NCBI GenBank assembly: GCA_964497915.1
Contig: CAZCFI010000001.1
Location: 14,279-78,278, forward strand
Reading direction: 5' to 3'
Source: an uncultured Thermoproteales archaeon
GTDB lineage: Archaea > Thermoproteota > Thermoprotei > Thermofilales > CAYSTQ01
DNA length: 64,000 nt
In this document: piece after piece, positions 34,188 to 43,837 of the stretch
How positions within the stretch are numbered: position 1 is the stretch's first letter
How the letters are laid out: the number at the start of each line of letters is the position of its first letter
Position numbers and translations under genes: made by a program
The notes under the pieces: generated by a model
What the model was told of the DNA's origin: nothing
Seen by the model: only the letters and a program-made list of their open reading frames with translations
Database searches by the model: none

Positions 34188-34339
34188 CTCACCGCCGAGT
34201 ACCTAGAGCGCATCCTCCTCAGCAGCAGCTCTATCGCCAGCCTCACCACCTGCGACTTCGACGAGAACTCGCCAGCCTCGACGAGGGCCTCCATCGCCCT
34301 GACGTAGGACGCAGGAACCCTCACGCTCACCTTGCGCAA
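34184..34339 (-). CDS. ribbon-helix-helix (CopG-like) small DNA-binding protein, not in the ORF track (<60 aa)
   Basis: Minus-strand translation gives 'LRKVSVRVPASYVRAMEALVEAGEFSSKSQVVRLAIELLLRRMRSRYSAVR*'. The beta-strand plus two-helix pattern is typical of RHH. TTG at 34339 or GTG at 34330 as start. An AT island (ATTAATATAG, ~34373-34382) lies upstream. Confidence 0.5.
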   Translation of the reverse strand: MRKVSVRVPASYVRAMEALVEAGEFSSKSQVVRLAIELLLRRMRSRYSAVR

Positions 34340-34463
34340 TGGCAGCACCCCAGGGAGTTTAGCCCAGCCGCTATATTAATCTGTGGGTAGTGGGCGGCTG
34401 AGGTATTACGCCCCCGGGGCCGCGGGCTGAGGCTTATAACCTGGCAGCGCTACCATAGCTCTG

Positions 34464-34811
34464 ATGATAGAGGGCTACAGCTTCGGCAGGATAGTCATAG
34501 GCGGCAGGGAGTACAGGAGCGACGTCATCGTGACCCCCGACGGCGTACTGCCCAACTGGCGGAGGAGGGAGGGGCACAGGCTACGCGTCGAGGACCTGGA
34601 GGGAGTCCTCGACCTCAGCAGCCTCGACGCCCTGGTGATAGGCACTGGGTACTACGGCGTCATGAGAGTGCCTGAGGAGGTCGTCGAGGAGCTTAGGAGG
34701 AGGGGCGTCAAGGAGGTGATAGTGAGGCCCACGAGAGAGGCCTGCGAGACCTTCAACGAGCTGCTGAGGAGGGGGCTGAGGGTAGCGGCTGCGCTGCACC
34801 TGACATGCTAG
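34464..34811 (+). CDS. Mth938-domain (DUF498) protein
   Basis: 'FGRIVIGGREYRSDVIVTPDGV...WRRREGHRLRVEDLEGVL...LDALVIGTGYYGVMRV' fits the MTH938-like family pattern. Confidence 0.65.
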   Translation: MIEGYSFGRIVIGGREYRSDVIVTPDGVLPNWRRREGHRLRVEDLEGVLDLSSLDALVIGTGYYGVMRVPEEVVEELRRRGVKEVIVRPTREACETFNELLRRGLRVAAALHLTC

Positions 34812-35767
34812 CGGTCATCGAGGCCGGCGTCAACCTAGAGGCGACGCTGCGCCCGTCATTCACCTTAGCCTTATTCGAGAGAGCTGGCCCCAGCGAGTGG
34901 AGGAAGGTGGCCGGGGCCCACAGGGGGTGCGTCCTGGGGCAGAGGGGCTCGCAGGTCTACTCGGACGCGGGCGAGGAGCCGCTAGCCCACTGGTCCGGCG
35001 CCTGGTTCAGCCCTGAGAGCGAATTCGAGACCGTCAGAGGCGGCCTGTCGCCGAGGGAGAGGAGCATCGTCGAAGCCCTGCTCTCAGCGCACGCGGGTCT
35101 CAGCCTCTCAGTCAACCCGCACGACATGGAGCTCATGCTGATCCCTGTGGCCCTCTCGAGGAGGACCGACTACGAGAGGAACGTCCTGGGGTGGTGCAGG
35201 GCCATGTGGCGCAGGGCCTCGACCCTCAGCGAGGTCCTCAGGCTCGACTTCAGGCTCGTGGGCACTAGCTACCAACTTGAGCAGCTGAGGGCCACGCTCC
35301 AAGACTTCACTGCCAAGGTGGCCCCCAGGCTCCCCGACCTCAAGGACCCCTGGGAGCTGAGGATGGCCCTCATGGAGTGCAGGTACGTGGGGCCTAAGGT
35401 CGCAGACGCTTACATCCTCTTCACCAAGGTGGACGTGAGCGCCGCCCCGGTGGACGTGCACATGGTCAGGATGGCCTTGAGGCTCGGGCTGGCGGACTTC
35501 GATGCACTGCCCAGCAAGGCGCTTTGCAGCAGGTTCGCGTGCCACGAGTGCCCGGCGTCCGACGGCTGCCTCAGAGCTGCGCTCAGCCGCAAGTATGACA
35601 GGCTGGCGGGCTGGCTCCAGACGGCCCTCTACGCACACGACAAGCTGTACTGCCAGGCTCGGAGGTGCTCCTCGTGCCCCCTCAGGAGCTACTGCTCTGC
35701 CGCGAGCTCACTCAGCCGCAAGTCTGTGCATGGAGCTCCGCCTCACGAGCGGCGCGCCGACCCTTAG
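34805..35767 (+). CDS. HhH-GPD superfamily DNA glycosylase with a Cys-rich C-terminus
   Basis: Helix-hairpin-helix 'CRYVGPKVADAYILFTKVDVSAAPVDVHMVRMALRLGL'. Two C-x4-C-x2-C-x5-C motifs at 35525-35569 and 35651-35695. Confidence 0.6.
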   Translation: MLAVIEAGVNLEATLRPSFTLALFERAGPSEWRKVAGAHRGCVLGQRGSQVYSDAGEEPLAHWSGAWFSPESEFETVRGGLSPRERSIVEALLSAHAGLSLSVNPHDMELMLIPVALSRRTDYERNVLGWCRAMWRRASTLSEVLRLDFRLVGTSYQLEQLRATLQDFTAKVAPRLPDLKDPWELRMALMECRYVGPKVADAYILFTKVDVSAAPVDVHMVRMALRLGLADFDALPSKALCSRFACHECPASDGCLRAALSRKYDRLAGWLQTALYAHDKLYCQARRCSSCPLRSYCSAASSLSRKSVHGAPPHERRADP

Positions 35768-35803
35768 GCTTTTAAGCTCCCGCGCGCCCTAGTCCACGAG
35801 GAG

Positions 35804-36568
35804 GTGGGCTTGGCCTACGACCCCCTCAAGCTCTCCGAGGCCATTGAACGGGTCGTCGTCAGAGGGCTGGAGAGGAAGTACTACAGGGTCGCTAGGGGCG
35901 GCAGGTGGTACGGCGGCATAGCCACCTGCGACTGCGTTGGTTGCAATCTGAGGTGCGTGTTCTGCTGGAGCAACTACCCGCGCGACAACCCGAGCAGGTG
36001 CGGCAGGTTTTACTCGCCTGAGAGGATCTTCTCGGCGCTGGACAGGGTCGCTAGGCGGAGGGGCTACAGGCTGCTGAGGATAAGCGGGAACGAGCCGACG
36101 ATCGGCAGGGATCACCTCCTCAAGGTTCTAGAGCTGGTCGAGGGGACAAGTTATACGTTCATCCTGGAGACGAACGGCATACTCATAGGCGCCGACAGGA
36201 GCTACGCGAGGGACCTCTCTAAGTTCTCCAGGGTCCACGTCAGGGTGTCGCTCAAGGGGACCGCGCCGGAGGAGTTCTCCAGGCTGACCGGCGCCGTCCC
36301 GGAGGCCTTCGAGCTCCAACTGAGGTCGCTCGCGAACCTCCTCGACTACGGGGTGAGCTGCCACCCCGCCGTCATGCTCTCGTTCAGCACTGAGGATGGC
36401 TTACGCTCGCTCGAATCGAGGCTGGCCGAGATAGACCCCAGGCTGCCAGACGAGTTGGAGGAGGAGTACGTCTTCCTCTACCCCCACGTCGTCGAGAGGC
36501 TGAGGAGGGCCGGGCTCAGGCCGAGGGTCGCCTACAGCCCCGGCAGGATACCTGAGGAGCTGATTTAA
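35804..36568 (+). CDS. radical SAM protein
   Basis: CX3CX2C cluster in 'CDCVGCNLRCVFCWS'. 'ISGNEPT' and 'ILETNG' are typical radical SAM core elements. Confidence 0.8.
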   Translation: MGLAYDPLKLSEAIERVVVRGLERKYYRVARGGRWYGGIATCDCVGCNLRCVFCWSNYPRDNPSRCGRFYSPERIFSALDRVARRRGYRLLRISGNEPTIGRDHLLKVLELVEGTSYTFILETNGILIGADRSYARDLSKFSRVHVRVSLKGTAPEEFSRLTGAVPEAFELQLRSLANLLDYGVSCHPAVMLSFSTEDGLRSLESRLAEIDPRLPDELEEEYVFLYPHVVERLRRAGLRPRVAYSPGRIPEELI

Positions 36569-36994
36569 GGGGCGGCCATGCGCCGCTCACAGCGCAGGCG
36601 CCCTCAGCCCGCGAGTGGGGAGCGCGTCCTCGCGGCGATGGAGGAAGGCCTGGACTCGGCTCCCCAGTAGCGCTGCCCTACCTTAACACACTGCTCAGAG
36701 ACCGCTGGGGCGAGCTGACCGACCAGCCCTGGTGGGCCCTAGGCTAGGCGGCCCGGAGGGGGGCAGCGCGGAGACCATCGAGCGCAGCTTAGGAGGCAGG
36801 TCGAGGTCAGGAGGAGCGGTAAGTTCATGGTGTCGGTGGGGAGCCCGTGCGCCCGGCACGAGCGTCGTCAAGCTGAGGCTGTTCGTCGAGCTCGCCAGGA
36901 AGGTGACTAGCGTCAATAGTTCTTATATTTGGAAATACGCTATTTTCCGAAAAGCTTATTAGTGAATTTTAGAATAAACTTTGTAGGTGAGGGG

Positions 36995-37609
36995 ATGTCG
37001 AGCCCTGTGGGGAGGTACGCGCGTAGGGTGTACTCGCTATGGGGCTCCGGCGAGTTTCGCCCTGACAAGCCTAACCCGAGCGCAGTGCTTAGCAGCCGCC
37101 AACCCGAGGCCCCGACCAGGCTCGCCATAGTGGCCCTGCTGGCGCTCAAGGGCCCCATGACCGTTAAGCAGATCTCAGAGGAGCTTGACCTCTCGCCCAG
37201 CACCGTGCTGGGTCACGTCAGGAGGCTGGTGGAGGCTGGCGTGCTAAGGGAGGTGGAGGTGCCTGAGAAGAGGTACAAGCGCGAGAGGTACTACGACGTA
37301 GCCGTCGTGGTGTACACCGACGAGGACGAGAAGCTCATCTGGGGCGTCGTCAGGAAGTACGCTGACATCCTCGGCGAGACCGCTGGGGCGGTGCTGGAGA
37401 AGTGCCTAGAGGAACTGAAGGGCAGGTTCGGTGAGACCTTGATGGCCAGGCACGGGCTGACTCTTGAAGATCACGAGGTGAGGCACTACGTCTGGGTGAG
37501 ACTTTACGAGGGCGCCTGTGAGGTTTTAGAGGCTAAGGGCGTCCTGAAGAGCCCCCTGAGCACGCCGAGGCGGTGGTACTACTACATTGGACTCAGGGGC
37601 AAGGGCTGA
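36995..37609 (+). CDS. ArsR-type winged-helix transcriptional regulator
   Basis: 'RLAIVALLALKGPMTVKQISEELDLSPSTVLGHVRRLVEAGVLRE'. ATG at 36995 preceded by GAGGGG. An AT-rich promoter tract lies at 36920-36990. Confidence 0.7.
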   Translation: MSSPVGRYARRVYSLWGSGEFRPDKPNPSAVLSSRQPEAPTRLAIVALLALKGPMTVKQISEELDLSPSTVLGHVRRLVEAGVLREVEVPEKRYKRERYYDVAVVVYTDEDEKLIWGVVRKYADILGETAGAVLEKCLEELKGRFGETLMARHGLTLEDHEVRHYVWVRLYEGACEVLEAKGVLKSPLSTPRRWYYYIGLRGKG

Positions 37610-37620
37610 GGGCTCGGCGC

Positions 37621-38184
37621 TCACCGCAGCGGCCGCTTGAGCTTGAACGGCTTCCAGCCCATCTCCCCTCTAAACTTATTTATCATCTCGATGGACTTCA
37701 GCTTGTCCTCCCTCGACATCTTGCTGGTCCTAAGCACCGCTAAGAACAGGATGTACGTCCTCCTGTGTATGGTCGCCCTTGATATGCCGTGCTCTAGGTC
37801 CTCCCTAAGCTGCTCCAGTATGCCAGCCACCTCCTCGGGGCTGCTCAGGCCCCTCTCGCCTATGTCTCTAACCTGGGTCCCCAGGTATAGCGGGTGCCCC
37901 TTCGGCACGGTGAAGTACCTACCCCTCTCGTACGTCACCCTGCCCTTGACCAGGAGGTCGTAGAGCTCGTAGTTGGCGCTCCACTCTGGGTTCCTCTTCT
38001 CCAATTCCTCCAGCACCATCTTGGCTATCTCCTCAGTCGTCGTCCCCTCCTTGACTCTCGAGCTTATTGAGTCCGCTATCTCCCTGGCGACCTCGATAGG
38101 CGCGCCAGCCTTGAAGCAGCTCACGACTATCTTCTCCTTGACGAACTCCTCCTCCCTCCCGTCCCTCTTGACGACCTTGACCAT
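37621..38184 (-). CDS. ATP-cone domain protein
   Basis: N-terminus 'MVKVVKRDGREEEFVKEKIVVSCFKAGAP' is the ATP-cone signature. The C-terminal 90 aa are unassigned. Confidence 0.7.
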   Translation of the reverse strand: MVKVVKRDGREEEFVKEKIVVSCFKAGAPIEVAREIADSISSRVKEGTTTEEIAKMVLEELEKRNPEWSANYELYDLLVKGRVTYERGRYFTVPKGHPLYLGTQVRDIGERGLSSPEEVAGILEQLREDLEHGISRATIHRRTYILFLAVLRTSKMSREDKLKSIEMINKFRGEMGWKPFKLKRPLR

Positions 38185-38431
38185 GGTAGCTTGCTTGGAC
38201 GGCGGCCTTTTATGCTTTTGGGCGGCCAGCTCCCAGGACTACGGCGTCAGTAAGCTCACCCTGACATCACAGGTCAGCCAGCCATCAGCACATCATCCTT
38301 AGCTTGCTTAAGTCAAGCTGATATTTAAGGGGTCTCGCGTGCCGGCAACCTGGAGCAGCCTAGGTGCCCGCTGCTAGGTGGTTAGTGTTAATAGTCACAA
38401 GACCCCGCACTCTGTCGTGAAGATAAGGAAG

Positions 38432-39484
38432 ATGGCCTGGGTGTCAACCGTCAGCGCGCACAGGGTAGGCTGCGAGAAGGCGATCAGCGAGCTGCGCCGG
38501 ATGGGCGTTGAGGAGCTGGTTCTGCTCACCGTGGACGGCGGCGGTCCGCTGTACCCGAGCGACATCAGGCCCCAGCCCGCCAAGCTGAGGGGGAAGGACC
38601 TAGTGAGCCCCCTCATTAAGCTAGCCCGCAGGGAGGGGATGAGGACACACGCGTGGATCGTCACGCTGAACTTCCACAACGTGGAGTTCGCCAGGGAGCA
38701 CAAGGACCTGTACGTCGTGAACAAGCTCGGCGTCTCGTGCGTCGACGACCCGCCCTACGTCAGCCACTACCTGTGGCTGTGCCCCTCGAGCGAGGAGGTC
38801 GTGAGCAACGTAGTCGAGCTGTTCCTGGAGGTGGCCTCGCGCTTCGACGTGGACGGGCTCCACTTCGACTACATAAGGTACCCCGACGTCGTCCTGCCGG
38901 AGGGCATTAGGGGCAGGTACGAGGGCGTGCCACGCGAGGAGGTGTTACTGCCGCGCTTCGACTACTGCTACTGCGAGCGGTGCAGGGAGCTCTTCGAGAG
39001 TGAGCACGGCGTCGACCCAGTCGAGCTGAGGTACATCGAGCCCGACTACGGCGTCTGGTTTAGGTGGAGGGCCCAGAGGGTCACGGAGCTCGTCAGGCGG
39101 GTGTACTCAGCGGTCAAGAGGTACGACAGCAGCTTGGAGGTCAGCGCCGCCGTGTTCGCGACGCCCGAGCTCGCGTACAGGTACGTCCTGCAGGACTGGC
39201 CCTCGTGGGGCCTGGACTTCTACAACCCCATGATATACCACGAGTACTACGCCCGCCCCTCCGGCTGGATAGGGCAGGCCGTCCGGGAGGGGGTGCTTAG
39301 GGGAGCTAGGACATGCGCTGGCATCCTCGTGGGCTTCATGAGGAGCGAGGAGGAGCTGGCGAGGAGCTTCGCCGACGCCGTCAGCAACGGTGCCTCTGGG
39401 ATATGCGTGTTCGCCTACCCCCCGCCCCGCCCCGAGCTAGTTGAGTGGGTCGGCAAGGCATTCAGGGGGCTGAGCGGCGGCTGA
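38432..39484 (+). CDS. glycoside-hydrolase-like TIM-barrel protein (GHL10 / family-10-like)
   Basis: 'THAWIVTLNF' and 'DVDGLHFDYIRYPD' are typical of the GHL10 family. Start trimmed to ATG 38432. Confidence 0.55.
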   Translation: MAWVSTVSAHRVGCEKAISELRRMGVEELVLLTVDGGGPLYPSDIRPQPAKLRGKDLVSPLIKLARREGMRTHAWIVTLNFHNVEFAREHKDLYVVNKLGVSCVDDPPYVSHYLWLCPSSEEVVSNVVELFLEVASRFDVDGLHFDYIRYPDVVLPEGIRGRYEGVPREEVLLPRFDYCYCERCRELFESEHGVDPVELRYIEPDYGVWFRWRAQRVTELVRRVYSAVKRYDSSLEVSAAVFATPELAYRYVLQDWPSWGLDFYNPMIYHEYYARPSGWIGQAVREGVLRGARTCAGILVGFMRSEEELARSFADAVSNGASGICVFAYPPPRPELVEWVGKAFRGLSGG

Positions 39485-39559
39485 CAGCAGCCAGACGTTA
39501 GACGTTAAGCCTGCCGAGTTTATTAAGTGGGGCGCTGAGTAACCACCTAAGGTACCTGA

Positions 39560-40070
39560 ATGAGACGCATTGGTAGGGCGTTCAGGGTGTCGCGCAGGCG
39601 CGTCGGCAGGGCGTTCAGGGCGACCGCCAGAGGCGTCGATCGTGACCGTGAGAGTGAGGGTGAAGAGGCTCGAGGGCCCGAGGCAGGGCTCAGCAGTTGA
39701 GGGCGCTGTCCTGCTGAACGGGGCTGCACTGGGCTCTCGCTGGAGGTCATGCTCCCGATAGGCTGGCGGAGAGGCTGGGCCTGTGGCCCTCCGAGGAGGT
39801 GGCTAGCGCGGTTTACGAGACCGTCGGTGGCCCAGTCAGGCTGTGCTACATGAGGGAGGGGGCGCTGCTGTCCATAGTGGCTGAGGGAGCCCCCACAGAG
39901 GAGATCGTAGTCGACGTCGTCTCGCCGATGAGCGCGAGATCCTGATTAGCGACTGCGTGATAAGCGAGCTCGAGATGGTGATTCTCACGCCTACAGGGGG
40001 AGTGGAGTTCAGGCGCGACTCAGTCGATGTGGCGAGGAGCAGCTGCAGGCCTGAGCCGTGGTGAGGACGG
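39560..40070 (+). pseudogene. possible frameshifted gene remnant, including a 46-aa basic mini-ORF with an internal repeat
   Basis: Mini-ORF 39560..39700: 'MRRIGRAFRVSRRRVGRAFRATARG...'. Downstream protein-like text lies in three different frames ('VTVRVRVKRLEG...', 'DRLAERLGLWPSEEVASAVYETVGGPVRLCYMREGALLSIVAEG', 'DEREILISDCVISELEMVILTPTGGVEFRRDSVDV') without proper starts. Confidence 0.25.
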
Positions 40071-41552
40071 CTAGGCTCCAGTCAGGCTGCTGGCCCACGC
40101 CCCGAGGACGTCTAATATTGGCGATGGCCAGAGGCCGAGGGCGAAGCTAACGGCGGCTAGGAAGCCCATCGGCACCAGCATCGTGAGCGGAGCTTCCTTG
40201 ACGCCCTCCAGGCCCTCCCTCAGGGGGCCGAAGAAGATCCTCTTCAGGGCCCACAGGCCGTAGGCCGTGGTCAGGGCCGCGCACATGACTGCCAGCACGA
40301 CCACCGCCACCTCAGCACCCCTCGCCACGGTGAAGCCGCCTAGGAATATCATGAACTCGCTCACGAAGCCGGCGAGCGTGGGCACTCCGGCCAGCGAGAA
40401 CACGCCCACCGTGAAGAGCACGGCGGTGCACGGCATCCTCTTGGCCAGGCCGCCGAGCTCCCTCATGTCTCTCCTGCCGCCCGTCTGGTGCATGATGGCG
40501 CCAGCGCAGGCGAAGAGGAGGCCCTTGGCGCACGCATGGGAGAGTATGTGGTAGACGGAGCCAACGACCCCGTAGTAGCTGCCAGTGGACATGCCGAAGA
40601 GCATGTAGCCAATCTGGCTGATGCTGGAGTACGCTAGCAACCTCTTGATGTCGAGCTGGGCGAGGGCCATCATGCCGCCGTAGAACATCGTGACGACCGC
40701 TAGGGCCATGAGCCACGTGTGTAGGGGCCATATGGCGCTCCAGAAGATCGAGACGATTATCCTGTTGAAGGCGTACACGCCGCACTCTATCATGACGCCG
40801 CTCAGCAGGACGCTTATCGGAGTCGGCGCCTCGGCGTGAGCGTCGGGGAGCCACGTGTGGAGGGGCACGACCGCCATCTTGACGAAGAAGCCTATGGCCA
40901 TCGCCGCCGCTATCCAGGGCACGGCCCCGCCCACTGAGGGGTTGGCAGCGAGCCTGCTGGGCAGCTCGTAGATGTCGAAGGTGCCGAAGAGCACGTACGC
41001 CGCCAGGATTCCGGTTAGGAGCGACAGGGCCCCGACGTGCGTGTAGATGAAGTACTTGAAGCTGACCCTCTCCCTGTCCCCATAGCCCCACTCGGCTATG
41101 AGGAAGTACGAGGGGACGAGCATCAGCTCCCAGAACAGGTAGAACTGGATGAGGTTCGTGGCCAGCACCGTCCCGACCATGCCGCTGGCGTACAGCAGGT
41201 ACAGGGCAAAGTAGGCCCCCAAGCCGCCCCTGTGCTCCATGTAGGCCACCGAGTATACCGACGTCGCGGCAGACAGCGCCAGTATCATCAGGGCTACCGG
41301 GATGCTCAAGCCATCAGCTCTAAAGCCGAAGCTAAGGCCCGCTGAGGGGGCCCACGCGTACTCCTCCACTATGGGGCAGTGGGAGGCAGAGTACTCAGCT
41401 AGAACTATCAACGCCAGCAGGGTCGAGTAGAGCAAGGCGGCAAACGTCGCAGCGCCCCCGAGCTGCCTGCTCCTCTTGCCAGCTAGGTACGCCAGGGGGG
41501 AGCACGCCAGTGGCACCGCGACCATCTGAGTTAGCGGTAGCGGGACCGTCAT
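40071..41552 (-). CDS. nuoM: NuoM-like antiporter-type membrane subunit (complex I subunit 4 family)
   Basis: 'HTWLPDAHAEAPTPISVLLSGVM', 'KRLLAYSSISQIGYM'. 493 aa. 4-nt overlap with the nuoL-like gene. Confidence 0.9.
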   Translation of the reverse strand: MTVPLPLTQMVAVPLACSPLAYLAGKRSRQLGGAATFAALLYSTLLALIVLAEYSASHCPIVEEYAWAPSAGLSFGFRADGLSIPVALMILALSAATSVYSVAYMEHRGGLGAYFALYLLYASGMVGTVLATNLIQFYLFWELMLVPSYFLIAEWGYGDRERVSFKYFIYTHVGALSLLTGILAAYVLFGTFDIYELPSRLAANPSVGGAVPWIAAAMAIGFFVKMAVVPLHTWLPDAHAEAPTPISVLLSGVMIECGVYAFNRIIVSIFWSAIWPLHTWLMALAVVTMFYGGMMALAQLDIKRLLAYSSISQIGYMLFGMSTGSYYGVVGSVYHILSHACAKGLLFACAGAIMHQTGGRRDMRELGGLAKRMPCTAVLFTVGVFSLAGVPTLAGFVSEFMIFLGGFTVARGAEVAVVVLAVMCAALTTAYGLWALKRIFFGPLREGLEGVKEAPLTMLVPMGFLAAVSFALGLWPSPILDVLGAWASSLTGA

Positions 41553-43612
41553 GATCCCACGCCTGCGCCGATCATTAGCGAGACTACAATCAGCAGGAGC
41601 AGACCTATAATTATTTCCAGGACGTTGTAGTTCAGGTACCCCGTCTGGACCCTCCTCGCAGCGCTGAAGGCCGCCTTGAAGAGCCTCGAGACTAGCAGGT
41701 TCCAGCCCTCAAAGACGAAGATCTCAGCGAACTTAAACAGGCCCAGGGCCACTGAGCAGGCCCCCCTCGCCAGTAGCCTGTTCGCGGCCTCTAGCGAGCC
41801 CTCGATCGCGCTGCTCATCAACGCTGAGGCCCTCAGCGTCCCGCCGACGACGACCTTGTAGTAGAGCGGGTTCACGTACCACCGGTTCACGAGGAATGAG
41901 TAAAGCGCTGAGAGGAGGCGGTGCCCCTCAATTAGGCGCCCAGCGTCGAGCCTCCTGGACACGTATATCGGGTAGGAGGTGGCGATGCCGAGGGCCACCA
42001 TGGCCAGCGACAGCGCTGTCACGAGGACTCGCGCTAGCCCCTCGGCTCCACCGTCACTTACGCTCAGGTGGGCTGGCGCTAAGGCGTGGTGGGCCACCCC
42101 CTCGAGCCAGGGCGCTAGCGCGCTGAAGGCTATCGTTAGGGCCGTTAGCGCCAGGTACGGCGCGTAAAGGCAGAAGCTGACCTCCCGCACCTCGTGACCC
42201 TCCTCCTCGAGCCTCCTCAAGTGCTCGCTCTTCGGGCCCAGGAAGACGAGGCCCACCATCCTCACCGAGTAGAAGGCGGTGAGGGCAGACGCAGCGACCG
42301 CCATCGCGAAGGGCGCCACCTGGCCCGAGGCGAGCGACGCGGAGAGGACTGCCTCCTTCGTCCAGAACCCGCTCAGGGGCGGGACGCCAGCCAGGGAGAG
42401 GGCGCTGATGAGCATGCAGGCAAACGTCACCCTCATGCTCCTCCCCACGCCGCCCATCTGGAAGACGTCCTTGGTCTCGCACGCGTGAATCACTGCGCCC
42501 GACGCCAGGAAGAGCGTCGCCTTGAAGAGGGCGTGGCTGATCAGGTGGAGGACGGACGCGACCAGCCCGAGCACGTAGTCCCTAAGCAGGCCCGCCGCGC
42601 CGAGCCCCAGCATCATGTACCCTATCTGGGAGATCGTGGAGTACGCGAGTATGCGCTTGAGCTCCCTGGCGACCATGGCCTGGCTGGCAGCCATCAGGGC
42701 GGTGAAGGCCCCCACCGTGGCCAGGACCTGGAAGAAGACCACGGCGTCTTGGCAGCCCAGCCCCCAGGCAGCCCAGTGTATCACTGGGAGCATCCTGGCC
42801 ATTAGGTACACGCCAGCCTTAACCATCGTTGCGGCGTGTATCAGAGCGCTGACGGGAGTGGGGCCAGCCATAGCCTCGGGGAGCCACTCGTGCAGCGGGA
42901 ACTGGGCCGACTTGCCGAGCGGCCCCATCATGACCAGCAGCAGGGCTGGCAGTAGGAGACCCCTGCTCGACATCTCAGAGATCCAAGAGGGGTCCTCCAT
43001 GAGCTCGACGAAGCTGAAGGTCCCCGAGTGAATGTATATCAGCATGAAGCCAACTAGCATCAGCAGGTCGCCGACCTTCGTCATCACGAAGGCCTTCATC
43101 GAGCAGTGGCTGGGGGGGTAGTTGAGGACCCAGTACTCCCTCTCGTCGGTGTAGTAGTGGCCTATGAGCGCGTAAGACGTCACGCCGACCATCTCCCAGC
43201 CCACGAACATCTGAACGAAGTTGTCTGACAGAACCAGCAGCATCATGCCTCCGACGAACAGGTTCATCATGGCCCAGAAGCGCGCCAGCCCGGGCTCGCG
43301 CTCCATGTACTTGACGCTGTAGACCATTATGAGGAAGGCCACCCAGGAGACCACGTTCATCATCACGGCCGCGAGGGCGTCGACGTAGAAGCCCAGGCTA
43401 ACCCCCAGCTGAGGCACCCAGGGGTAGGTCAGGTGGAGGGGGCCGCGCTGGAGCACGTGGTGGAGCACGGCGACTGAGCACAGGGCAGACACCAACGTGT
43501 AGGCTGGCTGAACGATTACCCCAGCCCTGCGCCCCCCACCGACGAGAGCCGGAGCCGCTACGAAGCCCAGAACTGGAGCCGCCCAGCTCAGCCAGACCAT
43601 GAGCTCAAGCAA
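41549..43612 (-). CDS. nuoL: NuoL-like antiporter-type membrane subunit with a long C-terminal extension (complex I subunit 5 family)
   Basis: 'FVGWEMVGVTSYALIGHYY', 'HEWLPEAMAGPTPVSALIHAATMV', 'KRILAYSTISQIGYM'. 687 aa. Confidence 0.9.
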   Translation of the reverse strand: MLELMVWLSWAAPVLGFVAAPALVGGGRRAGVIVQPAYTLVSALCSVAVLHHVLQRGPLHLTYPWVPQLGVSLGFYVDALAAVMMNVVSWVAFLIMVYSVKYMEREPGLARFWAMMNLFVGGMMLLVLSDNFVQMFVGWEMVGVTSYALIGHYYTDEREYWVLNYPPSHCSMKAFVMTKVGDLLMLVGFMLIYIHSGTFSFVELMEDPSWISEMSSRGLLLPALLLVMMGPLGKSAQFPLHEWLPEAMAGPTPVSALIHAATMVKAGVYLMARMLPVIHWAAWGLGCQDAVVFFQVLATVGAFTALMAASQAMVARELKRILAYSTISQIGYMMLGLGAAGLLRDYVLGLVASVLHLISHALFKATLFLASGAVIHACETKDVFQMGGVGRSMRVTFACMLISALSLAGVPPLSGFWTKEAVLSASLASGQVAPFAMAVAASALTAFYSVRMVGLVFLGPKSEHLRRLEEEGHEVREVSFCLYAPYLALTALTIAFSALAPWLEGVAHHALAPAHLSVSDGGAEGLARVLVTALSLAMVALGIATSYPIYVSRRLDAGRLIEGHRLLSALYSFLVNRWYVNPLYYKVVVGGTLRASALMSSAIEGSLEAANRLLARGACSVALGLFKFAEIFVFEGWNLLVSRLFKAAFSAARRVQTGYLNYNVLEIIIGLLLLIVVSLMIGAGVGS

Positions 43613-43837
43613 GGCAGTGCACCTCTATTCAAGGGTGGGGCCGCAGAGATATAAGGTTTTACAATTGTCAAATAATCACCCCACTGTTACGTATGCGCAC
43701 ACTACAGGGTGAGGGCGCCCTCTGCTAGCCAAGGCCCATCACGACAATGTAGAGCCACAGCCTTGTCGCGCATAAACTGAACGCCGTCAGCAACGCTTTT
43801 CTCTCTGCTCGCTAGAATCTCTCCGAGGCTGAGCGCC

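Noticed and set aside
36569-36930. Short ORFs 36695..36916 (-) and 36732..36962 (+) between the radical SAM gene and the ArsR-like gene
   Set aside because: They overlap each other on opposite strands, are G/R/P/S low complexity and lack starts in good context. They were treated as non-coding spacer, possibly an old gene remnant, with too little signal to call.
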